Below, in pieces: positions 44,359-55,984 of a DNA stretch of 64,000 bases (positions are counted from its first letter, which is position 1; each line of letters opens with the position of its first letter). The notes under the pieces were generated by a model, which was not told where the DNA came from, did no database searches, and worked only from the letters and a program-made list of their open reading frames with translations. Source of the stretch: Bugula neritina (Eukaryota > Animalia > Bryozoa); NCBI GenBank assembly GCA_964035545.1, contig OZ037771.1, forward strand, positions 693,628 through 757,627. Direction: 5' to 3'. The translations under genes and the position numbers were made by a program.

Positions 44359-47300
44359 TGAAGTTCCAAGACCATTTTTCCAAGTGCCGTTCAACACAGG
44401 TGAAACGGCTAAAAATATGTTGATATATTTTCAACTGAGAAATGAATCCTTTCAACTAGTCTTAGAAAAAGAGAGAAAGAAACGTCCAGAACTAACCAAG
44501 TCTTACTTAATCAGAGAAAATGGGACTTTAGACACACTTTACCTGCCACAGGTTAACATTTCTTTCTTATCCAATAAAGTTATAAGAAAACTACAATTTA
44601 AAGAGTCAATGTAGATTGAAGATTGGGGATGAATAGGTGTTTAGTGTATGTATGAGTACTACATATATAACCAAGTCTAACGAGCACTGTTGAACCAAGT
44701 TTAATTAAGTTAATCTTTCTGCTAGGGCTGTGTCAAGTACAAAGGATGTGATGTGACCAGCTGTTTCTCGGCTGATAAATGTGGAAACTTGATTCGCCAC
44801 GGCATGATTCTCAGGGACTCGGACTATTTTTTATTTAAACAAGTTGACCGGCACAAGAAAGTTCTGAAAGTATACTACACCCCTTCTCTCTTCTCAAATA
44901 GTAAGGGGGTTACTAAGGCTATGTGCTGGTAGTTTCACTTTAGCTCCAAAACTGTATTGTGAATTATGGATATGCTTGTCTAGTCTCACTCCTGTAATAT
45001 CCCTTTATTTACAAGAGGTTTTATCCCACTGTACTTGTACTGGTGTTAAACTAGAGTCCATAGCGCGAGGTATGCCGGTTCCTGGCCATAGACGGAGAAG
45101 GAGACAACTCCCAAAAGATGTGAATCTGAAGCACACAGTAGAGGTGTGCTTGTTTACAGACCATCTCTTATACAAGGAGTTCTGTGGTGTGTATTCAGAC
45201 TGTGAGAGAGGCTTAGTTGAGCTTGACGAGTACGTAAGGACAGTGGCCCTAGGGGTGAGTATGCGAGGACAGTGGCCTTAGGGGTGAGTATGCAGGACAG
45301 TGGCCCTAGGGGTGAGTATGCAAGGACAGTGGCCCTAGGGGTGAGTATGCGAGGACAGTGGCCCTAGGGGTGAGTATGCAGGACAGTGGCCCTAGGGGTG
45401 AGTATATAAGGACAGTGGCCCTAAGGGTGAGTATATAAGGACAGTGGCCCTAGGGGTGAGTATATGAGGATAGTTACCCCTAGAGGTAAGTATGTGAGGA
45501 CAGTTACCCCTAGAGGTAAGTATATGAGGATAGTGGCCCTAGGGGTAAGTATATGAGGACAGTGGCCCTAAGGGTGAGTATCACCTTGTATCACAAAGTG
45601 GTGGGACCAGCAATTTTTATTCACTCTGGTGAGAACTCTATGCCGTCTTCTGTAAATCTACAAACACATTTTTGTATATCAGCTTCAGTAAAGCTGCTTC
45701 GGTGTTAGACAGAGATCTAACTGTTCCCTGTAACTCAAAGGCTATGTAGTAAGAAGTTATCACCCCTGTTATCTAGGCGTCTCTATTCTATAACCGGATA
45801 AGCAACTCCCAACTGCAGCTGTCTATCGTGCTGAAGAATGTCTACCACAATGCCCAGCCTCCTGGCAAGAACCAGTCAGTCTTCTATGACGTGCAGCTGG
45901 ACAGGGAGAGCAAAGATGGCCGACCACAGGTGTTCCAATATATTCACTCCTGAGGGCAGTAACTTGTATATGTCAATAGTTTAACTCTGTTGGTGTTATA
46001 TTATAATGTTATATATTATAATATAATATTATATATTACAATGTTTTGTATTATAAAGTTATATATAATAATATAATGGTATATAATGTATTATATGACA
46101 TGCAGGTAGATGCTGCCACAGCGTTGAAGACCTTCACTGACTACCAGAGCAGCTTTTTCCAGAGAAATGGAGTAACGGCCAGCACCTGTGATCAGAACTC
46201 CCTGATTACTCTGTGAGTTTCACTCAGGATTTATTAGAGGGTAGAGTAGGGGGTAGAGAAGGGGGTAGAGTAGAGGGTAGAGTAGAGATTAGAGTAGATT
46301 TATTTTTCATTAAAGCCTGGTATTGTTACAATTTATTTTATATTGCTATATATTTACACCTGATGTTGTTATCTATTTTATATATACACCTAGTATTATT
46401 ATTATTTTTGGCAGTCATGACCTGGCTGATGAGAGCGCAGACGACGGTCTGACCTCCATAGGTATAGGGTACGTGGGGGGCATCTGCAATGACCTCTACA
46501 AGACTGCTGTATGTCAGTTCAAGCCGTATGGGTACGGGTGGAGTACGGTGTATATACTAGCACACGAGATCGGTCATAAGTGAGTGTTATGTAGATACAT
46601 AGACATATATATGTACATAGACATAGATATGTAGATACAGACATGCACCAACTCAAACATGCAACATTTCTTTAGTCTAGGTGCCACACATGATGGGGGT
46701 TACAGGGAGTGCCCCCGTGACTCTAACTATATCATGTCAACTCACAATCTAAAGGAGAAAGTGGAAAATATATTCTATTTCTCGTGCTGCTCCTTGCTGG
46801 AAATATCAGATGTGGTGCAGTAAGTGTTAGTGTATGCTCTGTATATATACAGTAAGTACAATGTGTATATACAGTAAGTACAATGTGTATATACAGTAAG
46901 TACAATGTGTATATACAGTAAGTACTATGTATATATACAGTAAGTACAATCTGTATATACAGTAAGTACAATGTGTATATACAGTAAGTACTATGTATAT
47001 ATACAGTAAGTACAATCTGTATATACAGTAAGTACAATGTGTATATACAGTAAGTACAATGTGTATATACAGTAAGTACTAGGTGTATATACAGTAAGTA
47101 CTGTGTATAGTCTATATAATACATACAGGAAGTACGGGATGTGTTTGAACTGGGTGGCGGTGGCCGCAGATGACCTCGTGAACTCTCCGCTGATGCCGGG
47201 TATAAAGTACGACAGACTTGCTCAATGCAAGGCGGAGTTTAGTGAAGTGCACATCCCCTGCCATGGACTTGAGTACCACCCGACTAATGGCAGTCTGGCC

Positions 47301-50300
47301 AGTTACCAGTCCAGCTTCAAGGTCAGTTCTACTCTCAGGAATTCAGGCTATTTACTGTCCATGTATTCTACTCTTGTATAGCATGTATTCTACTCTTGTA
47401 TAGCATGTATTCTACTCTTGTATAGCATATATTCTACTCTTGTATAGCGTATATTCTACTCTTGTATAGCGTATATTCTACTCTTGTATAGCGTATATTC
47501 TACTCTTGTATAGCATGTATTCTACCCTTGTATAGCATATATTCTACTCTTGTATAGCATATATTCTACTCTTGTATAGCATGTATTCTACTCTTGTATA
47601 GCATATATTCTACTCTTGTATAGCATATATTCTACTCTTGTATAGCATGTATTCTACTCTTGTATAGCATATATTCTACTCTTGTATAGCATGTATTCTA
47701 CTCTTGTATAGCGTGTATTCTACTCTTGTATAGCGTGTATTCTACCCTTGTATAGCACGTATTCTTCTCTTGTATAGCACGTATTCTACTCTTGTATAGC
47801 ATATATTCTACTCTTGTATAGCATGTATTCTACTCTTGTATAGCATGTATTCTACCCTTGTATAGCACGTATTCTTCTCTTGTATAGCACGTATTCTACT
47901 CTTGTATAGCATATATTCTACTCTTGTATAGCATGTATTCTACTCTTGTATAGCATGTATTCTACTCTTGTATAGCATGTATTCTACTCTTGTATAGCAT
48001 ATATTCTACTCTTGTATAGCATATATTCTACTCTTGTATAGCGTGTATTCTACTCTTGTATAGCATATATTCTACTCTTGTATAGCATATATTCTACTCT
48101 TGTATAGCATATATTCTACTCTTGTATAGCGTGTATTCTACTCTTGTATAGCATATATTCTACTCTTGTATAGCATATATTCTACTCTTGTATAGCATAT
48201 ATTCTTCTCTTGTATAGCATGTGTTCTACTACTGCAGAGGTTGGTGGAGGCGGCGAAGGGCCCCGACAAGGTGAACGAGTGTCTCTCTCACTGGTGTTAC
48301 AATCCGAGCCGCGGCCCGGGGAGTCGTACCTGTGAGTATTCCATAGAGAACCCTGTGCTGGCCGGCACCTGGTGTGACATTAACAAGTGGTGTATAGAGG
48401 GTCAGTGTATTCCCACCGGGACGCTGAAACGTGGCCCTAACACACCTGGATGTTCACGTGAGTTCACCCAGTCTTATATAGTATTGTGTACTGTGATACA
48501 GTTTCTTATGTGTAGATGTGAGTTTGAGGTTATATTTCAATTATTAGCAATATTATTTTACCTGGTAAATCTTAAGATTACAAAATTAACAATTTGCAAT
48601 AAACTACATCATTTCAAATTGAGAGACCAACTAATTTTTAGGGCATTTAACATTGCAAGTGAAATATTGCTTTGTCCAGTAAACAGCAATGATAACCAAA
48701 AGAATGCAGTAGCTGTATGTTGTACTGCATTTGCTTTACTCACTGCACCTGCCATCTGCTGTTTTAGTGGATATTTTAAACTTGACGTTGAGAAATGCTA
48801 AAACTGTGAATCAGGTTGAGGAAGCTGAAGACTCTTCGGTTATCATTCCCATCGACACTGAGAGCCTGTTCAGTACGTACAGATATACGTAGTACATATA
48901 TAGATATACGTGGTATATATACAGATATACGTAGTACATATACAGATATACGTAGTACATATACAGAAATACGTAGTACATATATATATATATATACGTG
49001 GTACATATATACAGATATACGTGGTATATATATACAGATATACGTAGTACATATACAGATATACGTAGTACATATATAGATATACATAGTACATATATAG
49101 ATATACGTAGTACATATACAGAAATACGTAGTACATATATAGATATACGTGGTACATATATACAGATATACGTGGTATATATACAGATATACGTAGTATA
49201 TATATAGATATACGTGGTATATATACAGATATACGTAGTATATATATAGATATACGTGGTACATATACAGATATACGTGGTACATATACAGATATACGTA
49301 GTATATATATAGATATACGTAGTACATATACAGATATACGTAGTACATATACAGATATACGTAGTACATATACAGATATACGCAGTACATATATAAATAT
49401 ACATAGTACATATATAGATATACGTAGTACATATACAGATATACGCAGTACATATATAAATATACATAGTACATATATAGATATACGTAGTACATATACA
49501 GATATACGCAGTACATATATAGATATACGTAGTACATATAGAGATATAGGTAGTACATATATAGATATACGTAGTACATATACAGATATACGCAGTACAT
49601 ATACATATATACGCAGTACATATATAAATATACATAGTACATATATAGATATACGTAGTACATATACAGATATACGTAGTACATATATAGATATACGTAG
49701 TACATATATAGATATACATAGTACATATATAGATATACGTAGTACATATATAGATATACGTAGTACATATACAGATATATGTAGTACATATATAGATATA
49801 CGTAGTACATATATAGATATACATAGTACACATATAGATATACGTAGTACATATATAAATATACATAGTACATATATAGATATACGTAGTACATATATAG
49901 ATATACATAGTACATATATAGATATACGTAGTACATATATAGATATACATAGTACATATATAGATATACGCAGGTGTCTCCAGGATATTTGGACGCTATG
50001 CTGCTGTGATTGTTGGAGTTGTGTTCTTTACTTTTGGCCTGATAGCTTCTGTGTGCCGAAAACGTGAGCGAGTAATACAGCGGTTTTCTCGTCTATCCGG
50101 AGGAAATAGGAGAACGCCGTCTCAGTATCATCCCAAGTCTAATGAATATCGACCTCAGTATCAGTATGGAGTAAGTGTATTGCTAGAAGTACTATTGTGT
50201 GCATCTCATGTTGGATTTATTGTTCTGTGTATGGAATAACAAGTGTTAAGGTAGGACACTTTGTGCCTGCAGTTCACGTATAAGTGTGGGTTTAGAAGTG

Positions 50301-50317
50301 CTGAATTGATGCTTTAA
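44359..50317 (+). CDS. ADAMTS-like (M12B reprolysin) zinc metalloprotease with C-terminal transmembrane helix; 5' signal exon unresolved
   Basis: Exons 44359-44551, 44726-44869, ~45018-45254, 45777-45929, 46106-46212, 46415-46579, 46676-46819, 47129-47321, 48238-48457, 49974-50170, 50273-50317. Furin site RRRRR, VEVCLFTD, zinc motif LAHEIGHNLGATHDG, Met-turn YIMS, FSCCS, ADAMTS disintegrin-like PGIKYDRLAQC..GTWCDINKWCIEGQC, TM YAAVIVGVVFFTFGLIASVC then RKR. Confidence 0.87.
45228..45581 (+). repeat. 29-bp minisatellite made of the last 27 exonic bases plus the GT donor (GAGTA..AGGACAGTGGCCCTAGGG|GT)
   Basis: About 12 copies. Confidence 0.95.
46843..47105 (+). repeat. 22-bp intronic minisatellite (CAGTAAGTACAATGTGTATATA)n
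   Basis: About 12 copies, each carrying CA|GTAAGT like the real donor at 46819. Confidence 0.92.
47361..48225. repeat. 22-bp intronic minisatellite (TAGCATGTATTCTACTCTTGTA)n
   Basis: About 39 copies filling almost the whole intron. Confidence 0.95.
48878..49973 (+). repeat. 21-bp intronic minisatellite (AGATATACGTAGTACATATAT)n ending in the acceptor gatatacgcag|
   Basis: About 52 copies. Confidence 0.95.
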
Positions 50318-51239
50318 TTAGAATTGGCGGCACACTTCTCCGGGAGTAAGTGTTGTACTGGTATTAACTTCACACATAGTGTATTATGAATTGTGACTAA
50401 TTGTACCATATATTATAAATATAACATATAAGTGTCAGTACATTATATTTTCCTCATTATACCTGCGTATATATTACTCTGCCTAGTTTAGCGAAGTCTT
50501 TACTTCGTATAAGGCCACTTTACACTTGTTTCTAGTTTCCATTAACCTTTCTTGTGGATGAATTTAAATAATACAATATTAATAATAAATTAATCAATAT
50601 GCAAATGAAAATATGCTTGGACATTTTGTGATTTACTTGTTTTGGTTATGTTTTATAACTCTATTTTGTGAACATTGAATGGTAGCGTTTGCATTTTATT
50701 GCTAATTTTTATGCCTTTGAATTTAAATATAATTTAAAATAAATATCACCATTCTTCAATAAAATATGCCTTGCCTAGACACATATTTATTTTCTAGAGA
50801 ATACTAGTTGATTCGGATTTGTATCTTACATGTAGCTTTATACTTTAACTCATCAATATAAATGAGAAATTCTAGAAGTCACTTAGTGTGCTCCTGGTTT
50901 TGCTACATAAGAAGAACACATGTGACCTTGTTTCTAAACAAATTGTAGTTTAATGAAAATGGAATTAATTTGATTGAATTATAAATATACTATTAAATAA
51001 TAATGAATAAGTATTTACTCAACACTTGAAATATAAGGAAGTTCAAATATTGGCAGTAAAATATATATAAGTAAACAATAGCATTAAAAAGTTAGCAACT
51101 TAAACAGAATAAAATAATTATTCAATTGAAAATTATGGTCCGTCAGATAAACTTGATGATAGTGTAAACTGTAATATTTCTAGAATGTTATAGATAACTT
51201 GTCAGTAATATTCAAATATTAAATAAACATACTGCCGAT

Positions 51240-52405
51240 TCAGTAAGCCTGGTGGGGTAATAGTAGAGCTTTTGTCTTCCAGTTGTGAGTTGTGGGGGTT
51301 CAAGCCCTCACACGCTCTTATTTTTTCACTATTTATTAAGCTCATGCACTCCCTGTAATGAAAATCAGTTGTGGTTATACCTCAGCTTAATCTAAGGAAG
51401 CTTGTGGGTTGGTGGCAAAGCTCTGGTGTCTTGTAGTGTGAGGCCACTGGTTCAAGCCTCGACTCCTGCCAGTTATTTTTTAAGTAATTTTATTCTGTTT
51501 CAAAACAATGTTATTTACTAGTTATATAAGGCAGGTTTTTGTGGCGTCATTGTAGGATACAGGTAGAACTTTGGATTCTGGAATGTGTAGATCTGGGTTC
51601 GAACCCTCTTCTAGAAACTATTTTTATACTTTATTTGGCTTATGCACATACCTTAGTGAAAATAAGTTGTGGTTATACGGTAGTTTGTTCAGAGAGTTCT
51701 TGTTGGGTTATTGGTAGTGCTTTGGTACCCTGTGCCAAAGGTTGCAGGTTCAAGCCCTGCCCATTTCCAATAACTTTCATGTGATTTCCAAAATACCTTT
51801 CAGTGGAAATTGATTGATAATAAGTTTTAATAGAAATCGGTTCTAGTATATATATATATTATGTAAAAAATTTAACAGTATTTTTTTAGATTAATAATTG
51901 GAAGACTTTATCTTTTTTACCAAAAGGTAATTCATACTTTGGAATCCCTGCTGGACTCCACATGAGTGCCTGATTTAGAGTCCCTGCTGAACCCCACGAG
52001 TGCCTGATTTAGAGTCCCTGATAAACTCACCGCGAGTGCCTGATTCTTGGGGGACGGGTACTCATGGGTGTTCAGCAGACTTTTTTTTCAGGCTGCGTTC
52101 GGGTATTGAACCAGTGTCTTTGTGGTTGAGGAGCGACGCCCCTACCATTACCCTGGGACGGGTCCCCTTATAACAAACCCTTGTTGATGCTTATATTTCT
52201 TTATTTTAGGAATTTCAAAATATTATAAAAATAACAAATGAAGCCGCATGGGTTTGAACCCACACCCTATGGCACATAATACCAAAGCTCTACCACTACT
52301 CTATTTATATCTTGATATTTAAAAGTAGTTATTACGTAGATCTGATTTTTCCTTATGTGAATAAAATTAAAAAAAATATTTCCAAGTTTTATAGGATTTG
52401 AACTG
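51240..52405. repeat. Cluster of degenerate tRNA-like (Pol III box A/box B) units
   Basis: Four + strand units with GGTTCRAGCC/GGTTCGAACC (~51298, 51450, 51597, 51748) and two or three - strand units (~52105, 52250, 52395). None forms a convincing cloverleaf by eye. Confidence 0.55.
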
Positions 52406-52947
52406 ATAACCCCTTATCTTGACCTCTAACTGCACATACTATAACTTATTATTGTGTGTATTTTAGCGGACTGACAAGACCCGCGATGAATATTCTGCCA
52501 GGGCACACAAACAACGAACTGGTTGATCATATCTCTGTTTTCTATAATATCATGAAACATAATAAAGACTTGGCAGAACTTAATGTGCTGATTTTGTGAT
52601 TTGAACATAACTGTGTGGTGTGGTGCATCACGGTGTTTTCAATAACTTTGGAGAAAAAAAACTAAACTTCTGAAGTTGGTTTGACTGATGGTTTATATTG
52701 GAAAGTATTGCAAGCTAGAATGTATTGACTAATGATTAAAAAGCAGGTAAATATGTTTATTATGATAGCATCAAATAAATATCATTCAATAAAAATCAGT
52801 ACAAAATATTCCAGCAGCAGCTGCCACTTCTAGTCTTGTGAACCTCCCAACAGTCTAAATAAGTTCTTAAAAGACAAAAATAAATACAATAAATAAAGTT
52901 TGTGCTATAAAAATATAACTCACAATGAATAAAATATAGCCTAGGAT

Positions 52948-55900
52948 CTACAACCTACTATTAATACGGAGCTCTGGAGCCAACAGCTCGATAACTTGCA
53001 GGGCACTTCCCCAGCTCATAGCCACCCCATCCTGAGACTGCCCATAGTTGTGTATTATCTGTAACCAATCATATTATATGCTATAATCACATATGACTAA
53101 CTGGCTGCTTAATATCATATTATATGTTATAATCACATCATGTCTGTACTACTCATCTGAAGTGTTAGTCATACCACTAGGTTCTAAGGCTAAGCAGGGC
53201 AAATACAAGACAAGGTAGTAGAGTGACTTTTTCTTACAAGCCAGTAAAGCTACCCCCTCCCCTTCCCGTATAGATAAATTATTAACATAATTACCACAGT
53301 TCTTTTTCCATCGACAACTTCAATCTGTTTGTCAATTCTGAGAATGCCTCTGCGCACAGGTCGCAGTCCTGTGTATTCACTCACCACCCTTCCTGTCTAC
53401 ACACCATAATATATCATCACGTGGCAATATATTATCACCTGATGATATGTCATCATGGTGATGCATCAATATTATCATGTGATGATATATTAGAAAATAT
53501 CAAATTAGGTGAATTTCCAATATGTTTGCAGTTTTCTACCTTCATTATTGGGTGGAGCTGTCTGGCCATAGCTTCAAGGTCTCTTGATAAATTTCCGTCA
53601 ACACTTCTGTCTTCAACATCAGGATCATACGACCCACCAACAACCACCTCATTACCACTACAAGACAACTTTCTCACAAAACTTCAAGCAAACTTGCAGC
53701 GAGTGTGAATGAGTAAAACTCTTAATTAAATTCTATCTAACTAAACGTTTGAATGCATTTTATTTTTGGACAAAAGAGTCAGGTTTGAATAAAATAGAAC
53801 ATACTGAGGAATGTAATAGAAGTTTGTGTGACTTCCATCACTCTTCACTGAAAGATTCATGAGATATACAAAATCATTAACTTTTTTATTCGTTTCCATT
53901 CTTAGAAGTTGTCCTTTCACAGGATACATATTAGCATCAGCAGCTAGCTGTCTACTCCCCAAACCAGTACAGTTTATAATCACATCATACTCCTCGGCCA
54001 CCTAAACATACAATCATTTCAATTTGTTTGTGTTAGTATATATGACATAGAATTCTTTTAACTGGGAGTTATATTTCTAATATAATAGTAAATGCAAACT
54101 ATCTTTGTTGATGCATCAGTTACAGCTGGGATTATCGCCTCTATTTCAAACACTAACTGGTAACCTTAAGTTATTGTTTCATATAGAACTACTTTTGGGT
54201 CATTTTACTTAATTTAGGACACACTGGAAATCTCCAGTTTTTAGCTATTTTTCACAATTTAGCTGCTAATGAACATGGGTTTTTGCCCAAAACTAGTAAA
54301 ATATCAATAAATACACCTAAATAATTAAGGTTATTCTTAATTTCTCATATTTTTCCCTATTTATTTAGGTAATTAGGATCCGCAATCAAAAGTAGCTGAA
54401 TAATTAGAAAAAAACATGGGAAATTAGGCAAAATTAAAAAGAACCTTGATTATTTAGGTGTATTCATTGATGTTTTACTAGTTTTGGGCAAAAACCCATG
54501 TTCATTAGCAGCTAATTTGTAAAAAATAACTAACAACTGGAGATTTCCAGTGTGTACTAAATTAAGTAAAATGACTCTTATACAATGAGTGAAAATATAA
54601 ACAACAAATCTACTGAGAAAAATCTGGAATTGTTTACATAAGATTTGAGCAACTATCAACTGCACCACTTGACTAGTTCAAGTTAAGATGTTGTCTCAAG
54701 TTAAGAGGTCTAGAAATAGAGCTGTCCAAGCCAATACTTTGCGCATGCATTGTAGCAAAACTTAGCAAAGCTTGAATAACGAAAATTCACCTAATTTCTA
54801 TGTTATTCTTTTTTGTTTTGACTTCAATAGATATATCTTGGCATTTATTATACAAACCTGGGAGAAAGAGTGAACTTTACATCTCCTAATATGTCCTCCA
54901 TTTCTATGGAACTTGTTGAGTAGATACGGTAAATATCTTCTAGTGTCAACACATACACTCGTCACGTGCCATCCGGAGCTATTTTCATAACAATCATAAC
55001 TTTTAGTAATAAATTTGCCCACAGGTAAAACCAAGCTAAATCACTGCTTACATGGTAAGGGTGGGTATAATAGTATTATTTAAGTTAGAAGTCATTATTC
55101 AGACTATAGGCATTTATTTAAATATTGCCAATTCATACATATAAATAGAAGGCCTGAGAGTGATAATTCCACCATTCTGCTTCATTATAGGCCATCATAT
55201 ACACTAATACACATCAGAAAGGATGTGTTAGCATAGTGTGTCTACCTCTACCAGCAAGTTATGCAGCCTTACACACATACCAGGGCTTGTAGGGCATCAC
55301 ATCTCTACATTCATCAGCACTCATGGGGACAACCTTCCTAAAAGATGCTGCCGAGATGGGCATCAGCTCATCCTACAGCAAACAGCTGCAGATATAACGT
55401 GAAGTAACGTAATACACAGAGTTGTGAATAGTCTCAGATACACAGATCTTTAGGCAGCAGTAGTAAAGGTAGACTTACACTCAGCTGCTCTCCGTATGTT
55501 TCTGTGGCCATGCAGTAGCAGCCATTTATCATCTGAACTCCATGCACCTGGTAGTTCTCAGCGAAACTCATCCGAGTGAAATAGTTGGCCGTATCAATGA
55601 ATGCCCTGCAGTTTCACAGTTGTTGAAAATATCACCAAAGACTAATTAATTGTTTCTGTTGAGATTTATAAATAAACTCCAAATAAATTTAAAAAATATT
55701 TCAACATGTGTGGCAATCTGTCTTCCAAGGTTAGCTTTTGCAACAATCTTGATAAAACCAGTCAGCTTTTCAAAATTCGTTGAATTGTAGTCCTACCTGA
55801 TGCGATCCCTTGTGTCAAACTCCCCTCTGGTACCAACAACGAGACCTCCAGCCACCAGGCTTACGATATCTTCAGGGGGAAACTTTTCTGACATGACAGT

Positions 55901-55984
55901 GACATCACAGTTAGCGTACGTTTCCTGTATGCAAACTGCTGTGCTCAGTCCTACTACCCCTGCTCCAATCACCACCACTTTCAT
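52948..55984 (-). CDS. D-aspartate oxidase / D-amino-acid oxidase family flavoenzyme, copy A (C-terminal SRL)
   Basis: Exons 55797-55984, 55479-55605, 55281-55372, 54858-54978, 53805-54001, 53540-53657, 53295-53396, 52948-53058. MKVVVIGAGVVGLSTA, YDVIINCTGLGSRQL..YPVKGQ, YTGLRPVR, IIHNYG..SWG, PTS1 SRL. Confidence 0.92.
54197..54577. mobile_element. Foldback/MITE-like element with ~165-bp inverted arms in an oxidase intron
   Basis: GGTCATTTTACTTAATTTAGGACACACTGGAAATCTCCAGTT.. is mirrored by ..AACTGGAGATTTCCAGTGTGTACTAAATTAAGTAAAATGACTC; the homologous intron of copy B lacks it. Confidence 0.8.

Noticed and set aside
48776-49957. Long 393-aa and 379-aa ORFs (MYYVYLY.., ICTTYIY..)
   Set aside because: Translations of a 21-bp intronic minisatellite on the antisense strand of the protease gene; not genes.
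51240-52405. Functional tRNA genes
   Set aside because: Box B-like motifs are present but acceptor and anticodon stems do not pair convincingly, so reported only as tRNA-like units.
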